Source: an uncultured Alphaproteobacteria bacterium (lineage in GTDB: Bacteria; Pseudomonadota; Alphaproteobacteria; Rhizobiales; Beijerinckiaceae). Taken from it: 64,000 nt of DNA. The notes beneath the pieces were generated by a model, which saw only the letters and a list, made by a program, of their open reading frames with translations, ran no database searches and was not told the DNA's origin. Positions within the stretch are counted from its first letter, which is position 1. Every line of letters begins with the position of its first letter. Both the position numbers and the translations under genes were made by a program. This document shows positions 41,202-50,218 of the stretch, piece after piece. The stretch spans positions 10,737-74,736 of the forward strand of contig CAWGPR010000003.1 of the NCBI GenBank assembly GCA_963824475.1, in the 5' to 3' direction.

Positions 41202-42204
41202 GACAAATCCTGGGATCGATCACACCGTAGACGAGATCGACAATCAGATTGACGAGAACGACGACGGCTGAGATGAGCAGGACGCCGCCCTGCAGCGCCG
41301 GATAGTCGCGCCGGCTGATCAATTCGATGAGCCAATGGCCGACCCCCGGCCAGGAGAAGATCGTCTCCGTCAGCACCGCTCCGGCCATCAGACTGGAGAC
41401 CGAGAGGCCGATCACCGTCACCACCGGCAGGAGGGCATTGCGCAAGGCGTGAACGCCGATGACCCGCGCCGGCTTGAGCCCCTTGGCGCGCGCGGTGCGC
41501 ACATAGTCCTCGCTCAACACCTCGAGCATCGAAGAGCGGGTCATACGGGCGATGACAGCGAGCGGCACAGTGCCGAGCACGATCGCCGGCAGGACGAGGT
41601 GTCGCAAGGCGTCGAGGAAAGCGCCTTCCTGGTCGGACAGGAGCGCGTCAATGGTCATAAATCCCGTCGGCTGATCGAAGGAATAGTTGATGAGGTCGAT
41701 CCGGCCCGAGACCGGCAGAAGCCCGAGTCGCACGGAAACGAACATGATAAGCAGCAGGCCCCACCAGAAAATCGGCATCGAGTAGCCGAACAGCGACACC
41801 GTCATCAGGGCCTGATCATAGAAGCCGCCGCGCTTGACCGCCGCAAACGCGCCGGCCGGGACCCCGACCGCAATCGCAAACAGCATGGCGAAGAACGATA
41901 GTTCCAACGTCGCCGGGAACAGGGTCAGAAACTCGGTCAGCACCTTCTGCTGCGACGACAGCGACACGCCGAAGTCGCCGTGCGCGATGCGCCAGACATA
42001 GTCGAGAAACTGCCGCCACACGGGCTGGTCGAGGCCAAGCTCATGGCGGAAGTACGCCAGCCGCTCCGGCGACATGCCATGCTCGCCGGTCCTCACCTCC
42101 ACCGGGTCTCCCGGCACAAGACGGATCGCCGCGAAGGTCAGGAACATCAGCGCCAGGAATGTCGGGATGGTCAGCGCGATGCGGCGAAGGAAGTAGGCGA
42201 GCAT
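41191..42204 (-). CDS. dppB: Dipeptide ABC transporter permease
   Basis: MLAYFLRRIALTIPTFLALMFLTFAAIRLVPGDP canonical DppB/OppB start; YVRTARAKGL. Confidence 0.9.
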   Translation of the reverse strand: MLAYFLRRIALTIPTFLALMFLTFAAIRLVPGDPVEVRTGEHGMSPERLAYFRHELGLDQPVWRQFLDYVWRIAHGDFGVSLSSQQKVLTEFLTLFPATLELSFFAMLFAIAVGVPAGAFAAVKRGGFYDQALMTVSLFGYSMPIFWWGLLLIMFVSVRLGLLPVSGRIDLINYSFDQPTGFMTIDALLSDQEGAFLDALRHLVLPAIVLGTVPLAVIARMTRSSMLEVLSEDYVRTARAKGLKPARVIGVHALRNALLPVVTVIGLSVSSLMAGAVLTETIFSWPGVGHWLIELISRRDYPALQGGVLLISAVVVLVNLIVDLVYGVIDPRICHAR

Positions 42205-42265
42205 GGCCGATTCTAAAACAACGGGCCCCGCCTTGCATCATGGCTGGCGGAGCCCGGAGCGGCCT

Positions 42266-43855
42266 TTACTTAAGGTCGACGCCTTCGAACGCGTGCGTTC
42301 CAAGCGGGCTTTGCTTATAGCCGGTCACATTCGAGCGCATGGCTTCGAACACGATGGAATGGGCAAGAAGGAGCTCGGGCTGCTCGTCGTGTTCGATCTC
42401 CTGCATGCGCTGATAGAGTTTCGCCCGGTCGGCCTGGTTCGTCAGGGTGCGGGCCTTCGCCAGCAGTTCGTCAAACTCGGCGTTGCACCATTTCGTCGGG
42501 TTGCTGTCGCCAGGCTTGCCTCCGGGGCAGCCTCGCAGGAAGAAGAAATTGTCCGGGTCGCCGTTATCTCCGGTCCAACCGTACTGGCCGGTGATCTCCT
42601 CGCCGGCGGCGAGGCGCTTGCGATACTCGCCCCACTCATAGGTGACGAGCTTGGCGTTGACGCCGATCTTGGCGAGATCGGCCTGCATCATCTCGCCGAT
42701 GCGCTTGCCGTTAGGGTTGTAGGGCCGCGACACCGGCTGGTACCAGAGATCGATGTCGAGCGGCGTCTTGACGCCAGCCGCCGCGAGCATGGTCTTCGCC
42801 TTCTCGGGGTCGTAAGGCACGTCCGGAATCTTGTCGTTAAAGGACCACATCGTGGGCGGGATCAGCGTCGTCGCCTTCGACCCCGCGCCAAGATAGACGT
42901 CCTTGATGATGGCGTCGCGATCGATCGCCATCGCCAAAGCTTGGCGCACCTCCTTCTTGTCCAACGGCGGCTTGGTGACATTGAAGGCCCAATAGGCGAC
43001 GTTGAGGCCCGGCATGTTGATCACCTTGAGGGTGGGATCCTTCTCCATCTCCGCAAGGTCGGCCGGCCTTGGATAGGCGTTGATGTGGCACTCGCCCGCC
43101 TTGAGCTTGGCGTAGCGCGCCGTGGCGTCGGGAGTGATGGCGAACACGAGGTCGTCGACCAGCGCCTTCTCGCCGTAATAGTCTTTGTTCGCCTTGTAGC
43201 GGATGACCAAATCCTTCTGATAGGAGACGAACGAGAACGGGCCGGTCCCGACCGGCGCCTGGTCGAACTGCTCAGGCGTCCCCTTCTTGAGCAGGAAGTC
43301 GGCGTATTCCTTCGACCCGATCGCCATGAAGTCCATCGCCAGGTTGGCGAGGATGGCGACATTCGGCTCTTTCAGCTTCATCACGACGGTGTAATCGTCG
43401 GTTTTCTCGACCGAATCGAGCAGCTTCGGCATATCCATGTCGTCGAAATAGTCATACTTGCCGCCCGAGACTTTGTAATACGGATTGTCCGGCTTCCACT
43501 GGCGGTCGATCGAAAACAATACGTCATCGGCGTTGAAGTCGCGCGTTGGCTTGAAGTCTTTCAATGAATGGAACTTGACGCCCTTGCGCAGATGAAAGGT
43601 GATGGTCTTGCCGCCGTCAGTGACTTCCCAGCTTTCGGCGAGGCCGGGAACGACCTCGGTCGTGCCGCGCTTGAATTCGGTCAGGCGATTGTAGACGGGC
43701 CGCGCCGCGTCGAAGCTGGTGCCGGTGGTGTTGATCGCCGGAGTGAAATTCTCCGGACTGCCTTCCGAGCAGTAGACCAGGGTCTTCGCCGAAGCGAAGC
43801 CCGCGCCCGCGAGCAAGGCCGCCAGTCCGAGGCCGGCAAACGTGAGCGCTTTCAT
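42266..43855 (-). CDS. dppA: Dipeptide-binding periplasmic protein (SBP family 5)
   Basis: Signal peptide, then KTLVYCSEGSPENFTPAINTTGTSFDA...YNRLTEFKRGTTEVVPGLAESWEV, closely recalling E. coli DppA. Confidence 0.9.
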   Translation of the reverse strand: MKALTFAGLGLAALLAGAGFASAKTLVYCSEGSPENFTPAINTTGTSFDAARPVYNRLTEFKRGTTEVVPGLAESWEVTDGGKTITFHLRKGVKFHSLKDFKPTRDFNADDVLFSIDRQWKPDNPYYKVSGGKYDYFDDMDMPKLLDSVEKTDDYTVVMKLKEPNVAILANLAMDFMAIGSKEYADFLLKKGTPEQFDQAPVGTGPFSFVSYQKDLVIRYKANKDYYGEKALVDDLVFAITPDATARYAKLKAGECHINAYPRPADLAEMEKDPTLKVINMPGLNVAYWAFNVTKPPLDKKEVRQALAMAIDRDAIIKDVYLGAGSKATTLIPPTMWSFNDKIPDVPYDPEKAKTMLAAAGVKTPLDIDLWYQPVSRPYNPNGKRIGEMMQADLAKIGVNAKLVTYEWGEYRKRLAAGEEITGQYGWTGDNGDPDNFFFLRGCPGGKPGDSNPTKWCNAEFDELLAKARTLTNQADRAKLYQRMQEIEHDEQPELLLAHSIVFEAMRSNVTGYKQSPLGTHAFEGVDLK

Positions 43856-44067
43856 TGCATCTCCTCCTGACAGGTCGCGACGACGAACGCAGTCGCCATC
43901 GAAGCCCTTTTTCGCTTTCAGCGCAATGGCCTCTGGACCGCGTAGTGGCGCCCCTAGAGACGGGATGGCCTCACCTGAAAAACCCGCGCGACGCCTCTCT
44001 TATTTGTGTGCATGATCCGGTTGCGCATTGATCCGGCGACGCAGCGCCGGTCACGTGGGAAGCGGAC

Positions 44068-45312
44068 ATGGATGCGAAAGATGCGATGCTGGCGGAGCTG
44101 AGGGCTCGGAACCCAGGTCGAAGCCTGGGGCAAAAATTCTACACCGACCCTGATTTCTACCGCCTCGACCTTGAAACGATCTTTTATCGAGATTGGCTGT
44201 TCGCCGGCCACGATTGCGAGATACCGGCGCCCGGCGATTATTTCACTCTGCAGATTGGAGACTATCCGATCATTGTCCTGCGCGGCGCCGACGGAACGAT
44301 ACGCGCCCTCCACAATTCCTGCCGGCATCGCGGTTCGCGCATATGCGCAGCCCCAAAGGGCGCGGTGAAGCGCCTCGTATGTCCTTATCATCAGTGGACC
44401 TACGATCTTGCCGGGGGATTGATCCGCACGCGTCACATGGACGCAGCGATCAACAAGACGCAGTTCGGGCTCAAGCCCGTCCACTGCGAAAGCGTCGGCG
44501 GTTACATCTTCGTGTGCGTTGCGCCCGTTGCGCCAAGTTTCGAGCCCTTCCGAGCCCAGGCGGAAAGATATTTATCGCCGCACAAGATCGCCGACGCGAA
44601 AATCGCCTTTGAGAGCACGATCGTTGAAAACGGCAATTGGAAGCTCGTCTGGGAAAACAACCGCGAGTGCTACCACTGCGCGGGGAACCATCCGGAACTC
44701 TGCCGGACGTTCCCCGAAAAGCCGACGATATCCGGAATAGATGGCGTTGTTAGCGATCAGGAGATCAAGGCTCACTGGAATCGATGGGAGGCCGCGGGGC
44801 TGCCCAGCGTCTTCCTGCTCTCCAACTCGGGGCAGTTCCGCACCAGCCGAGTTCCGCTTCTAGACGGAGCGGTCAGCTATACGATGTCCGGGCGCGCCGC
44901 CGTCGCCCGACCGCTCAGCGACAACGTTATCGAGCCTCGCGTCGGATCGCTGTTGCTCTTCCACTATCCCTCGACCTGGAATCACGTGCTGGGCGACCAC
45001 GCCGTCAGCTTCCAGGTTCTCCCGCTCGGTCCGATGCAGACGCAGGTCCGGACCAAATGGTTGGTTCACAAGGAGGCTGTCGAGGGAAAAGACTATACGA
45101 TCGAGGAACTGACCCACGTTTGGCTCGCGACCAACAGCCAAGACCAGCGCGTGGTCGAAGAAAACCAGATCGGCATTCGCTCGCCCGCTTATGAACCCGG
45201 ACCCTACGCGCCCGATCATGAGGACGGGGTCACCCAATTCGTCGACTGGTACTGCCGGACGATGCAGCGCGGGCTCGGCGGCGCCCAGGCCAGCATCAGT
45301 CGCGTCGCCTAG
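44068..45312 (+). CDS. Rieske [2Fe-2S] non-haem-iron oxygenase alpha subunit (GbcA/Stc2-like)
   Basis: Rieske CRHRGSRIC...CPYHQWTY. Catalytic-domain NNRECYHCAGNHPEL. Confidence 0.85.
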   Translation: MDAKDAMLAELRARNPGRSLGQKFYTDPDFYRLDLETIFYRDWLFAGHDCEIPAPGDYFTLQIGDYPIIVLRGADGTIRALHNSCRHRGSRICAAPKGAVKRLVCPYHQWTYDLAGGLIRTRHMDAAINKTQFGLKPVHCESVGGYIFVCVAPVAPSFEPFRAQAERYLSPHKIADAKIAFESTIVENGNWKLVWENNRECYHCAGNHPELCRTFPEKPTISGIDGVVSDQEIKAHWNRWEAAGLPSVFLLSNSGQFRTSRVPLLDGAVSYTMSGRAAVARPLSDNVIEPRVGSLLLFHYPSTWNHVLGDHAVSFQVLPLGPMQTQVRTKWLVHKEAVEGKDYTIEELTHVWLATNSQDQRVVEENQIGIRSPAYEPGPYAPDHEDGVTQFVDWYCRTMQRGLGGAQASISRVA

Positions 45313-45321
45313 AGCTCGGGC

Positions 45322-45625
45322 TTCGACAACCAGCGCGCGAGTTCCCCGCAAGCAACCGCCAATAAGACCCACCCAAATGCGCCCAAGCGCTAGCAAAATA
45401 GCTGGCGTTTACGAGCGTTTATTTTTCAGAATCGAGCCTTCTCAAAGGGTTGCGGGCGAAAAAATAAGGAAATCTCTCCTCCCTCTTCCGCTCGCGCGAC
45501 GGGTTGTGGTCAGCAAGTTTTCAAACAGCCACGCCTCTCGTCTCCCGGCCTGGCAGGCTCCGAACGGGAGGAGATTCCGCCTATCTGAATACTTATAGCG
45601 TCGATTTCCGATTTTGTCAAGAGAA
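45322..45625. repeat. Copy A of an about 300 bp diverged inverted repeat (candidate sRNA or regulatory module; transcribed sense is the minus strand)
   Basis: The reverse complement aligns block by block with 50219-50510: CTTGACAAAA..GAAAT...CGCTATA, GGCTGTTTGA, CCACAACC, TTTCCTTATTT, CTCGATTC.GAAAAATAAACGCT, GGTGGGT.TTATTGGCG.TTGCTTGC, CTCGCGCGCTGGTTG. Confidence 0.8.
45592..45620 (-). promoter_or_regulatory. Sigma70-type promoter TTGACA-17 nt-TATAAG (minus strand) inside repeat copy A
   Basis: Forward CTTATAGCGTCGATTTCCGATTTTGTCAAG. On the minus strand this is TTGACA, a 17-nt spacer, then TATAAG. It points toward the 3-prime end of the Rieske gene, and no ORF follows it. Confidence 0.55.
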
Positions 45626-45777
45626 AGTCGCTGTCGCTCCTTCCGTCCGAGAGCGATCTGACTGGGGCGCGCGACGCGCCCCGTCTCCCGCCAGCGCCGA
45701 ACACAATCTTCCGATCGGGGCGCCCCGCCTCGAATTCGACCCAAAAGCAGGACGCGCCAGAACGCTCCGGACTGGTT

Positions 45778-46104
45778 TCAGTGGCTTGCCGCCAGCGCTT
45801 CGAGCCTCCCGATGAGGGCCTCCGGATCGCCCGAAACCGCGACCTGCTTGAGCCGGCTCTTCGCGCCGGCGACAACGCGCGCGCTGGAGGCAGGGATGTC
45901 CAACCGTTCCGCCAACAGCGCGCACAGGGCTTCATTGGCTTCGCCCCCTTGCGGAGCGCTGCGCACGCGCGCCGCGAGCACAGAGGACCCGTCGGCAAGA
46001 TGAGCCACGCCGTCGATCGCGTCGCGTCCGCCCTTCGGCGTCAGGCGGCAGGAGACGACGACGCCGTCCTTCGTCCTGCGCCAGGGCGCGCGGTCGCCCG
46101 TCAT
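45778..46104 (-). CDS. DUF167 (YggU-like) family protein
   Basis: VSCRLTPKGGRDAIDG...ARVRSAPQGGEANEAL..LLAERL....VVAGAKSRLKQV matches the DUF167 pattern. 4-nt overlap with xerD. Confidence 0.8.
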   Translation of the reverse strand: MTGDRAPWRRTKDGVVVSCRLTPKGGRDAIDGVAHLADGSSVLAARVRSAPQGGEANEALCALLAERLDIPASSARVVAGAKSRLKQVAVSGDPEALIGRLEALAASH

Positions 46105-47051
46105 CCGGGTTCGCCCTCGTCGTTCATGGGATGCAGATCGCGCACCATCGCCTTGGCGCGCTCGTCAAGCACATGCGTATAGATCTGCGTCGTCGCGATG
46201 TCGGCGTGGCCAAGCAGATCCTGAACGACGCGCAGGTCGGCGCCGTTCTGCAATAGATGACTGGCGAAGGCGTGGCGAAGCACGTGCGGGCTCACGCGCG
46301 CGGACGCAATTCCCGCGGCTGCGGCGACGCGCTTGAGATCGCGAGCGAAGGCCTGGCGCGTCATATGGCCGCTCGCGCTCTCGGCGGGAAACAGCCAAGG
46401 GCTTGCGGCCGCGCCCTGCGCGGCTTGATCGAGCAGGGCGCGAAACACGCCGATCGCGGCGCGGGCGGGTCCGGAGAGCGGCGCCAGGCGCTCCTTATCG
46501 CCCTTGCCGAGCACGGGGATGAGCGGCGACTTGGCGGTTGCGATCAACTTCTTGAGGCTCAAGGCTTCCGACACGCGCAGGCCAGATCCGTAGATGAGCT
46601 CGATGAGACAAGCGACGCGCGCCGTCTCCAGCCGCTCGCGGAGCCGGCGCTCCGCGACATCGAGCCCCTCGCGCGCGGTCGCGATCAGGCGCTCGACCTC
46701 AGCCATGCTCAACAGCTTGGGCAACGGGCGCGATCGGCGCGGACCCTCGACCGCCAGCGTCGGATCGTCCCGCCGCCAGCCTTCCGCATAAAGAAACTTG
46801 TGAAACTGACGGATCGCCGACAGACGGCGGGCAAGCGACGCGGCGCTCAGCTTCTGCGCGCCGCGGGCGGCGAGAAACCCGCGCACGCCGGCTGCGTCCG
46901 CCTTTAGCGCGTCGATCCCCTTAGCGTTCAGATAGGTTTCGTAGTCCGCGAGGTCTCGCCGATAGGCCTCGATCGTATTCACGCTCGCGCCGCGCTCGGA
47001 GGCGAGCGCCTCGAGGAAGCTCACGATGTGAGAAACCCTCCGCGTCTTCAT
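46101..47051 (-). CDS. xerD: Site-specific tyrosine recombinase XerD
   Basis: FLEALASERGASVNTIEAYRRDLADY N-domain. Catalytic GLRVSEALSL...HVLRHAFASHLL...LLGHADIATTQIYTHV. Confidence 0.85.
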   Translation of the reverse strand: MKTRRVSHIVSFLEALASERGASVNTIEAYRRDLADYETYLNAKGIDALKADAAGVRGFLAARGAQKLSAASLARRLSAIRQFHKFLYAEGWRRDDPTLAVEGPRRSRPLPKLLSMAEVERLIATAREGLDVAERRLRERLETARVACLIELIYGSGLRVSEALSLKKLIATAKSPLIPVLGKGDKERLAPLSGPARAAIGVFRALLDQAAQGAAASPWLFPAESASGHMTRQAFARDLKRVAAAAGIASARVSPHVLRHAFASHLLQNGADLRVVQDLLGHADIATTQIYTHVLDERAKAMVRDLHPMNDEGEPG

Positions 47052-47059
47052 AGGGCAGC

Positions 47060-48100
47060 CTACTCCTCCCCGTTCTCGAACAGGGTCGGATGTGACCCTT
47101 CGCGGCGCGGTTCGGCGAGGCCGAGATGGCGGAAAGCGTGCGACGTGAGGAATTGTCCGCGCGGCGTGCGCTGCACAAAGCCGAGTTGGATGAGATAGGG
47201 CTCGATGATGTCTTCGATTGCGTCGCGGGGCTCGGACAGAGCGGCGGCGATCGTCTCGACGCCGACCGGACCGCCGCCGAACTTGATCGCGATCGCGTCG
47301 AGATAACGTCGATCCATCTGATCAAGCCCGATCGCGTCCACGTCGAGCAGCTTGAGCGCCCTGTCGGCAAGCGCGCGCGTGACGCTCTTTGCGCCTTCGA
47401 CCACGGCGAAGTCGCGCACGCGCCTAAGCAAGCGCCCGGCGATGCGGGGCGTGCCGCGCGAGCGCTTGGCGATCTCGTTCGCGCCGTCATCGGCAAGGAC
47501 GAGGCCGATCACTCTGGCGCTGCGCGCGACAATCCCCTGCAGCTCTTCGGTGGTGTAGAAATTTAGCCTAATCGGAATGCCGAATCGGTCGCGCAACGGG
47601 GTGGTGAGGAGCCCGGCGCGGGTCGTCGCGCCGATCAGAGTGAAGCGAGCGAGATCGATCTTCACCGAGCGCGCCGCTGGTCCGGCGCCGATGATGAGGT
47701 CAAGCTGGAAATCCTCCATCGCCGGATAAAGGATCTCCTCCACCGCCGGATTGAGGCGATGAATCTCGTCGATGAACAGCACGTCGCGCGGTTCGAGATT
47801 GGTGAGCTGCGCCGCCAGATCACCCGCCTTGGCGATGACCGGGCCCGAAGTGGAGCGGAAATTGACGCCGAGCTCGCGCGCAACGATCTGGGCCAATGTC
47901 GTCTTGCCGAGGCCGGGCGGACCGACGAACAACACGTGATCGAGCGCGTCGCCCCGCGCTTTGGCGGATCGGATGAAAACGCTGAGATTCTTGCGCGCCG
48001 CTTCCTGGCCAGCGAAGTCGGTCAGGAACTGCGGGCGAACCGGCGTGTCGTCCTCGGGACGCTTATCGGCCGAGACAAGCCGGCGAGGAGCCTCGGCCAC
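47060..48100 (-). CDS. ruvB: Holliday junction branch migration DNA helicase RuvB
   Basis: [54 protein letters not shown]. Confidence 0.97.
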   Translation of the reverse strand: MAEAPRRLVSADKRPEDDTPVRPQFLTDFAGQEAARKNLSVFIRSAKARGDALDHVLFVGPPGLGKTTLAQIVARELGVNFRSTSGPVIAKAGDLAAQLTNLEPRDVLFIDEIHRLNPAVEEILYPAMEDFQLDLIIGAGPAARSVKIDLARFTLIGATTRAGLLTTPLRDRFGIPIRLNFYTTEELQGIVARSARVIGLVLADDGANEIAKRSRGTPRIAGRLLRRVRDFAVVEGAKSVTRALADRALKLLDVDAIGLDQMDRRYLDAIAIKFGGGPVGVETIAAALSEPRDAIEDIIEPYLIQLGFVQRTPRGQFLTSHAFRHLGLAEPRREGSHPTLFENGEE

Positions 48101-48142
48101 GTTAGCGACCTTCGCGCGCGAAGAAGGGACGAGGCCGCCCGG

Positions 48143-48526
48143 TCATCGCGATCCCTTGGGGATATAGACGACGCCGGGCAGCTTCGCGAAATGCGCCTCG
48201 CAGGTGAGCAGATCGGCGTCCATGTCGACGGCCGTTGCATAGATGATCGCATCGGCCATCGCGAGCGCATGATCGCGGGCGATTTCAGCCGCTTCAAGCG
48301 CAAGCCGTGTGGTTAAGGCAGTCACGACGCATTGAGTGGAAAATGCAATCGTGTCGTCGGCCGCGTCTTCCGAGACCTCCCGCGTCAGGCAACGGGCCAG
48401 TTCATATTGCACGATCGTCGGGACGATCCAGCCTTCCTTCGGCGGGATCTCCCTACCAATGGCGCGGCCGACCGCGCTGTCAGCCAGCCATTCGAGCCAT
48501 GCCGAGGTGTCGACGACGCGCATCAA
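48143..48526 (-). CDS. vapC: PIN-domain toxin VapC
   Basis: RVVDTSAWLEWL start with the acidic D, ...DAIIYATAV...LLTCEAHF. About 125 aa. Start is probably the ATG at 48523, overlapping the vapB stop. Confidence 0.8.
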   Translation of the reverse strand: MMRVVDTSAWLEWLADSAVGRAIGREIPPKEGWIVPTIVQYELARCLTREVSEDAADDTIAFSTQCVVTALTTRLALEAAEIARDHALAMADAIIYATAVDMDADLLTCEAHFAKLPGVVYIPKGSR

Positions 48527-48734
48527 TATCGATCATTGCGGTCGCGGTAATTCTCGAAATTGGCGCCGCGGGCGATGCCCACGAGCTCCTCGCGTTCCGG
48601 CACACGAACCATCAACACGCCCTTGCCCTTGTCGATGAACGCGATCTTCTGACCGGGCCGCCAAGCCAAGCGTTCACGTAGCGCCTTGGGGATTGAGCCT
48701 GGTATTTCGACGAAAGCTTCGATGTACCGGTCAT
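48523..48734 (-). pseudogene. vapB: AbrB/SpoVT-type antitoxin VapB; frame broken by a 1-nt deletion near 48695-48699
   Basis: MTGTSKLSSKYQ is in one frame. SIPKALRERLGWRPGQKIAFIDKGKGVLMVRVPEREELVGIARGANFENYRDRNDRY-stop is in another. One added base gives the canonical KYQ(V/A)SIPKALRE looped-hinge motif. Confidence 0.7.
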
Positions 48735-48776
48735 TTTTTACCCTTCACCCATCGATCATGATACCGCAAAATTGGG

Positions 48777-49391
48777 TCACTGCGCCAGTTCCTTGAGGCC
48801 TGCGCGAACGAGCGCGGCGGTCTCGGCCGCCGGTCCGAGCTGAGCGGAAATCCTGGCGACAGCCGCGGCGGCCTGAGGCTGGGCGTAGCCGAGGCCGACA
48901 AGGGCGAGGACCGCGTCCTCCGCGGCCTTGGCGAGCTTGGGCGCGCGCTCGAAACCCGCCTCCGTGTGGGCGAAATCGGCGGCGGCGAGCGCCAGCGCCT
49001 TGTCCTTGAGCTCGAGCACGAGGCGCGCGGCGAGCTTCGGGCCGACGCCTGGCGCGCGCGCCATCATCGCCTTGTCCTGCCGCGCGACCGCCGCGCTCAA
49101 CGCCTCCGCCGACAGAGCGCCGAGGATCCCGAGCGCGACCTTGGCGCCGACTCCCTGCACGCTTTGCAACAGGCGAAACCAATCGCGCTCGCTGGCGGTC
49201 AGGAATCCGTAAAGCCTGATCGCGTCTTCTCGCACATGCGTCTCGATCAGCAGCTCCGCCGGCTCGCCGGCCGCGGGCAGCGCGCGCAACGTCCGGGCCG
49301 AGGCGGAGACGAGGTAACCCACGCCGTTGACGTCGAGGATCAGGACCTCTTCGTCCACGCTGTCGACGACGCCCTTGAGCTTGCCGATCAT
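48777..49391 (-). CDS. ruvA: Holliday junction branch migration complex subunit RuvA
   Basis: MIGKLKGVVD....LILDVNGVGYLV...LQSVQGVGAKVALGIL...APGVGPKLAARLVLELK. Confidence 0.95.
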   Translation of the reverse strand: MIGKLKGVVDSVDEEVLILDVNGVGYLVSASARTLRALPAAGEPAELLIETHVREDAIRLYGFLTASERDWFRLLQSVQGVGAKVALGILGALSAEALSAAVARQDKAMMARAPGVGPKLAARLVLELKDKALALAAADFAHTEAGFERAPKLAKAAEDAVLALVGLGYAQPQAAAAVARISAQLGPAAETAALVRAGLKELAQ

Positions 49392-49399
49392 GCCGCGCC

Positions 49400-49443
49400 T
49401 TTACAGTCCGCTGCGATTCGGTCGAATCGCAGCGGACTGTAAA
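49400..49443. repeat. Perfect 44-bp palindrome (21-bp arms, 2-nt centre) at the ruvC/ruvA junction
   Basis: TTTACAGTCCGCTGCGATTCG-GT-CGAATCGCAGCGGACTGTAAA. It contains GATTC and GAATC next to the centre, and overlaps the last codons and the stop of ruvC. Confidence 0.9.
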
Positions 49444-49994
49444 TTCCTTTGATCTCGCGCGCTTCTTCGCGAAAAACCGGCCTCCACTTTTTCGCGGCGC
49501 GCTCTCGCCCGCGCAGCGCGATGCTGGGCGTGGCAGATGGCGACCGCAAGCGCGTCAGCCGCGTCCGGAGTCGACGCGGTCGAGGCGGGCAACAGCATCC
49601 TCACCATCATCGCCACCTGCCGCTTTTCCGCGTGCCCGACGCCGACGACTGTCTTCTTGATGAGGTTGGCGGCGTATTCCGCCACCGGCAGGCCGGTCAA
49701 AGCCAATGTCGCAAGCGCGACCCCGCGCGCCTGCCCGAGCTTCAGCGCCGATTGCGGATCGCGGTTGATGAACGTCTCCTCGATCGCCGCCTCATGCGGC
49801 CCCTCGCGTTCGATGAGCCCAGTCAGCAAGCGATGGATCGCCGCCAGGCGCTCGGCGAGCGAAGTCGCGGCGTCGGTCTCGATCGAACCACAGCCGACGA
49901 AGCTCAGCCGCGACCCGGCGGCTTCGATCACGCCCCAGCCGGTCGCGCGCAGGCCGGGATCGACGCCGAGAATGCGAATCGCGCCGAGACTCAT
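49401..49994 (-). CDS. ruvC: Crossover junction endodeoxyribonuclease RuvC
   Basis: IRILGVDPGLRATGWGVIE...DAADALAVAICHA. Start taken at ATG 49994. The C-terminal tail runs into the palindrome. Confidence 0.9.
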   Translation of the reverse strand: MSLGAIRILGVDPGLRATGWGVIEAAGSRLSFVGCGSIETDAATSLAERLAAIHRLLTGLIEREGPHEAAIEETFINRDPQSALKLGQARGVALATLALTGLPVAEYAANLIKKTVVGVGHAEKRQVAMMVRMLLPASTASTPDAADALAVAICHAQHRAARARARREKVEAGFSRRSARDQRNLQSAAIRPNRSGL

Positions 49995-50218
49995 GGGACG
50001 TTTGATATACGAATTCACGCGTGAACGCATTTGGCGCGCAGCTCTCATGGCGTTCGTTGTCGGTAGCGGTGGGTTCGGGGGCGTCATCCCCCGGACTATG
50101 ATCCCGGCGCATGACGCCAAAGGCTCGGAGGCGAGAGCCCAAAAAGGCCGGCCAACGGCTACCGCGATAAGAGCCCTACAAAGCCCGCCGATAGCAAAAG
50201 CTGTCGATAGCGAATTGG

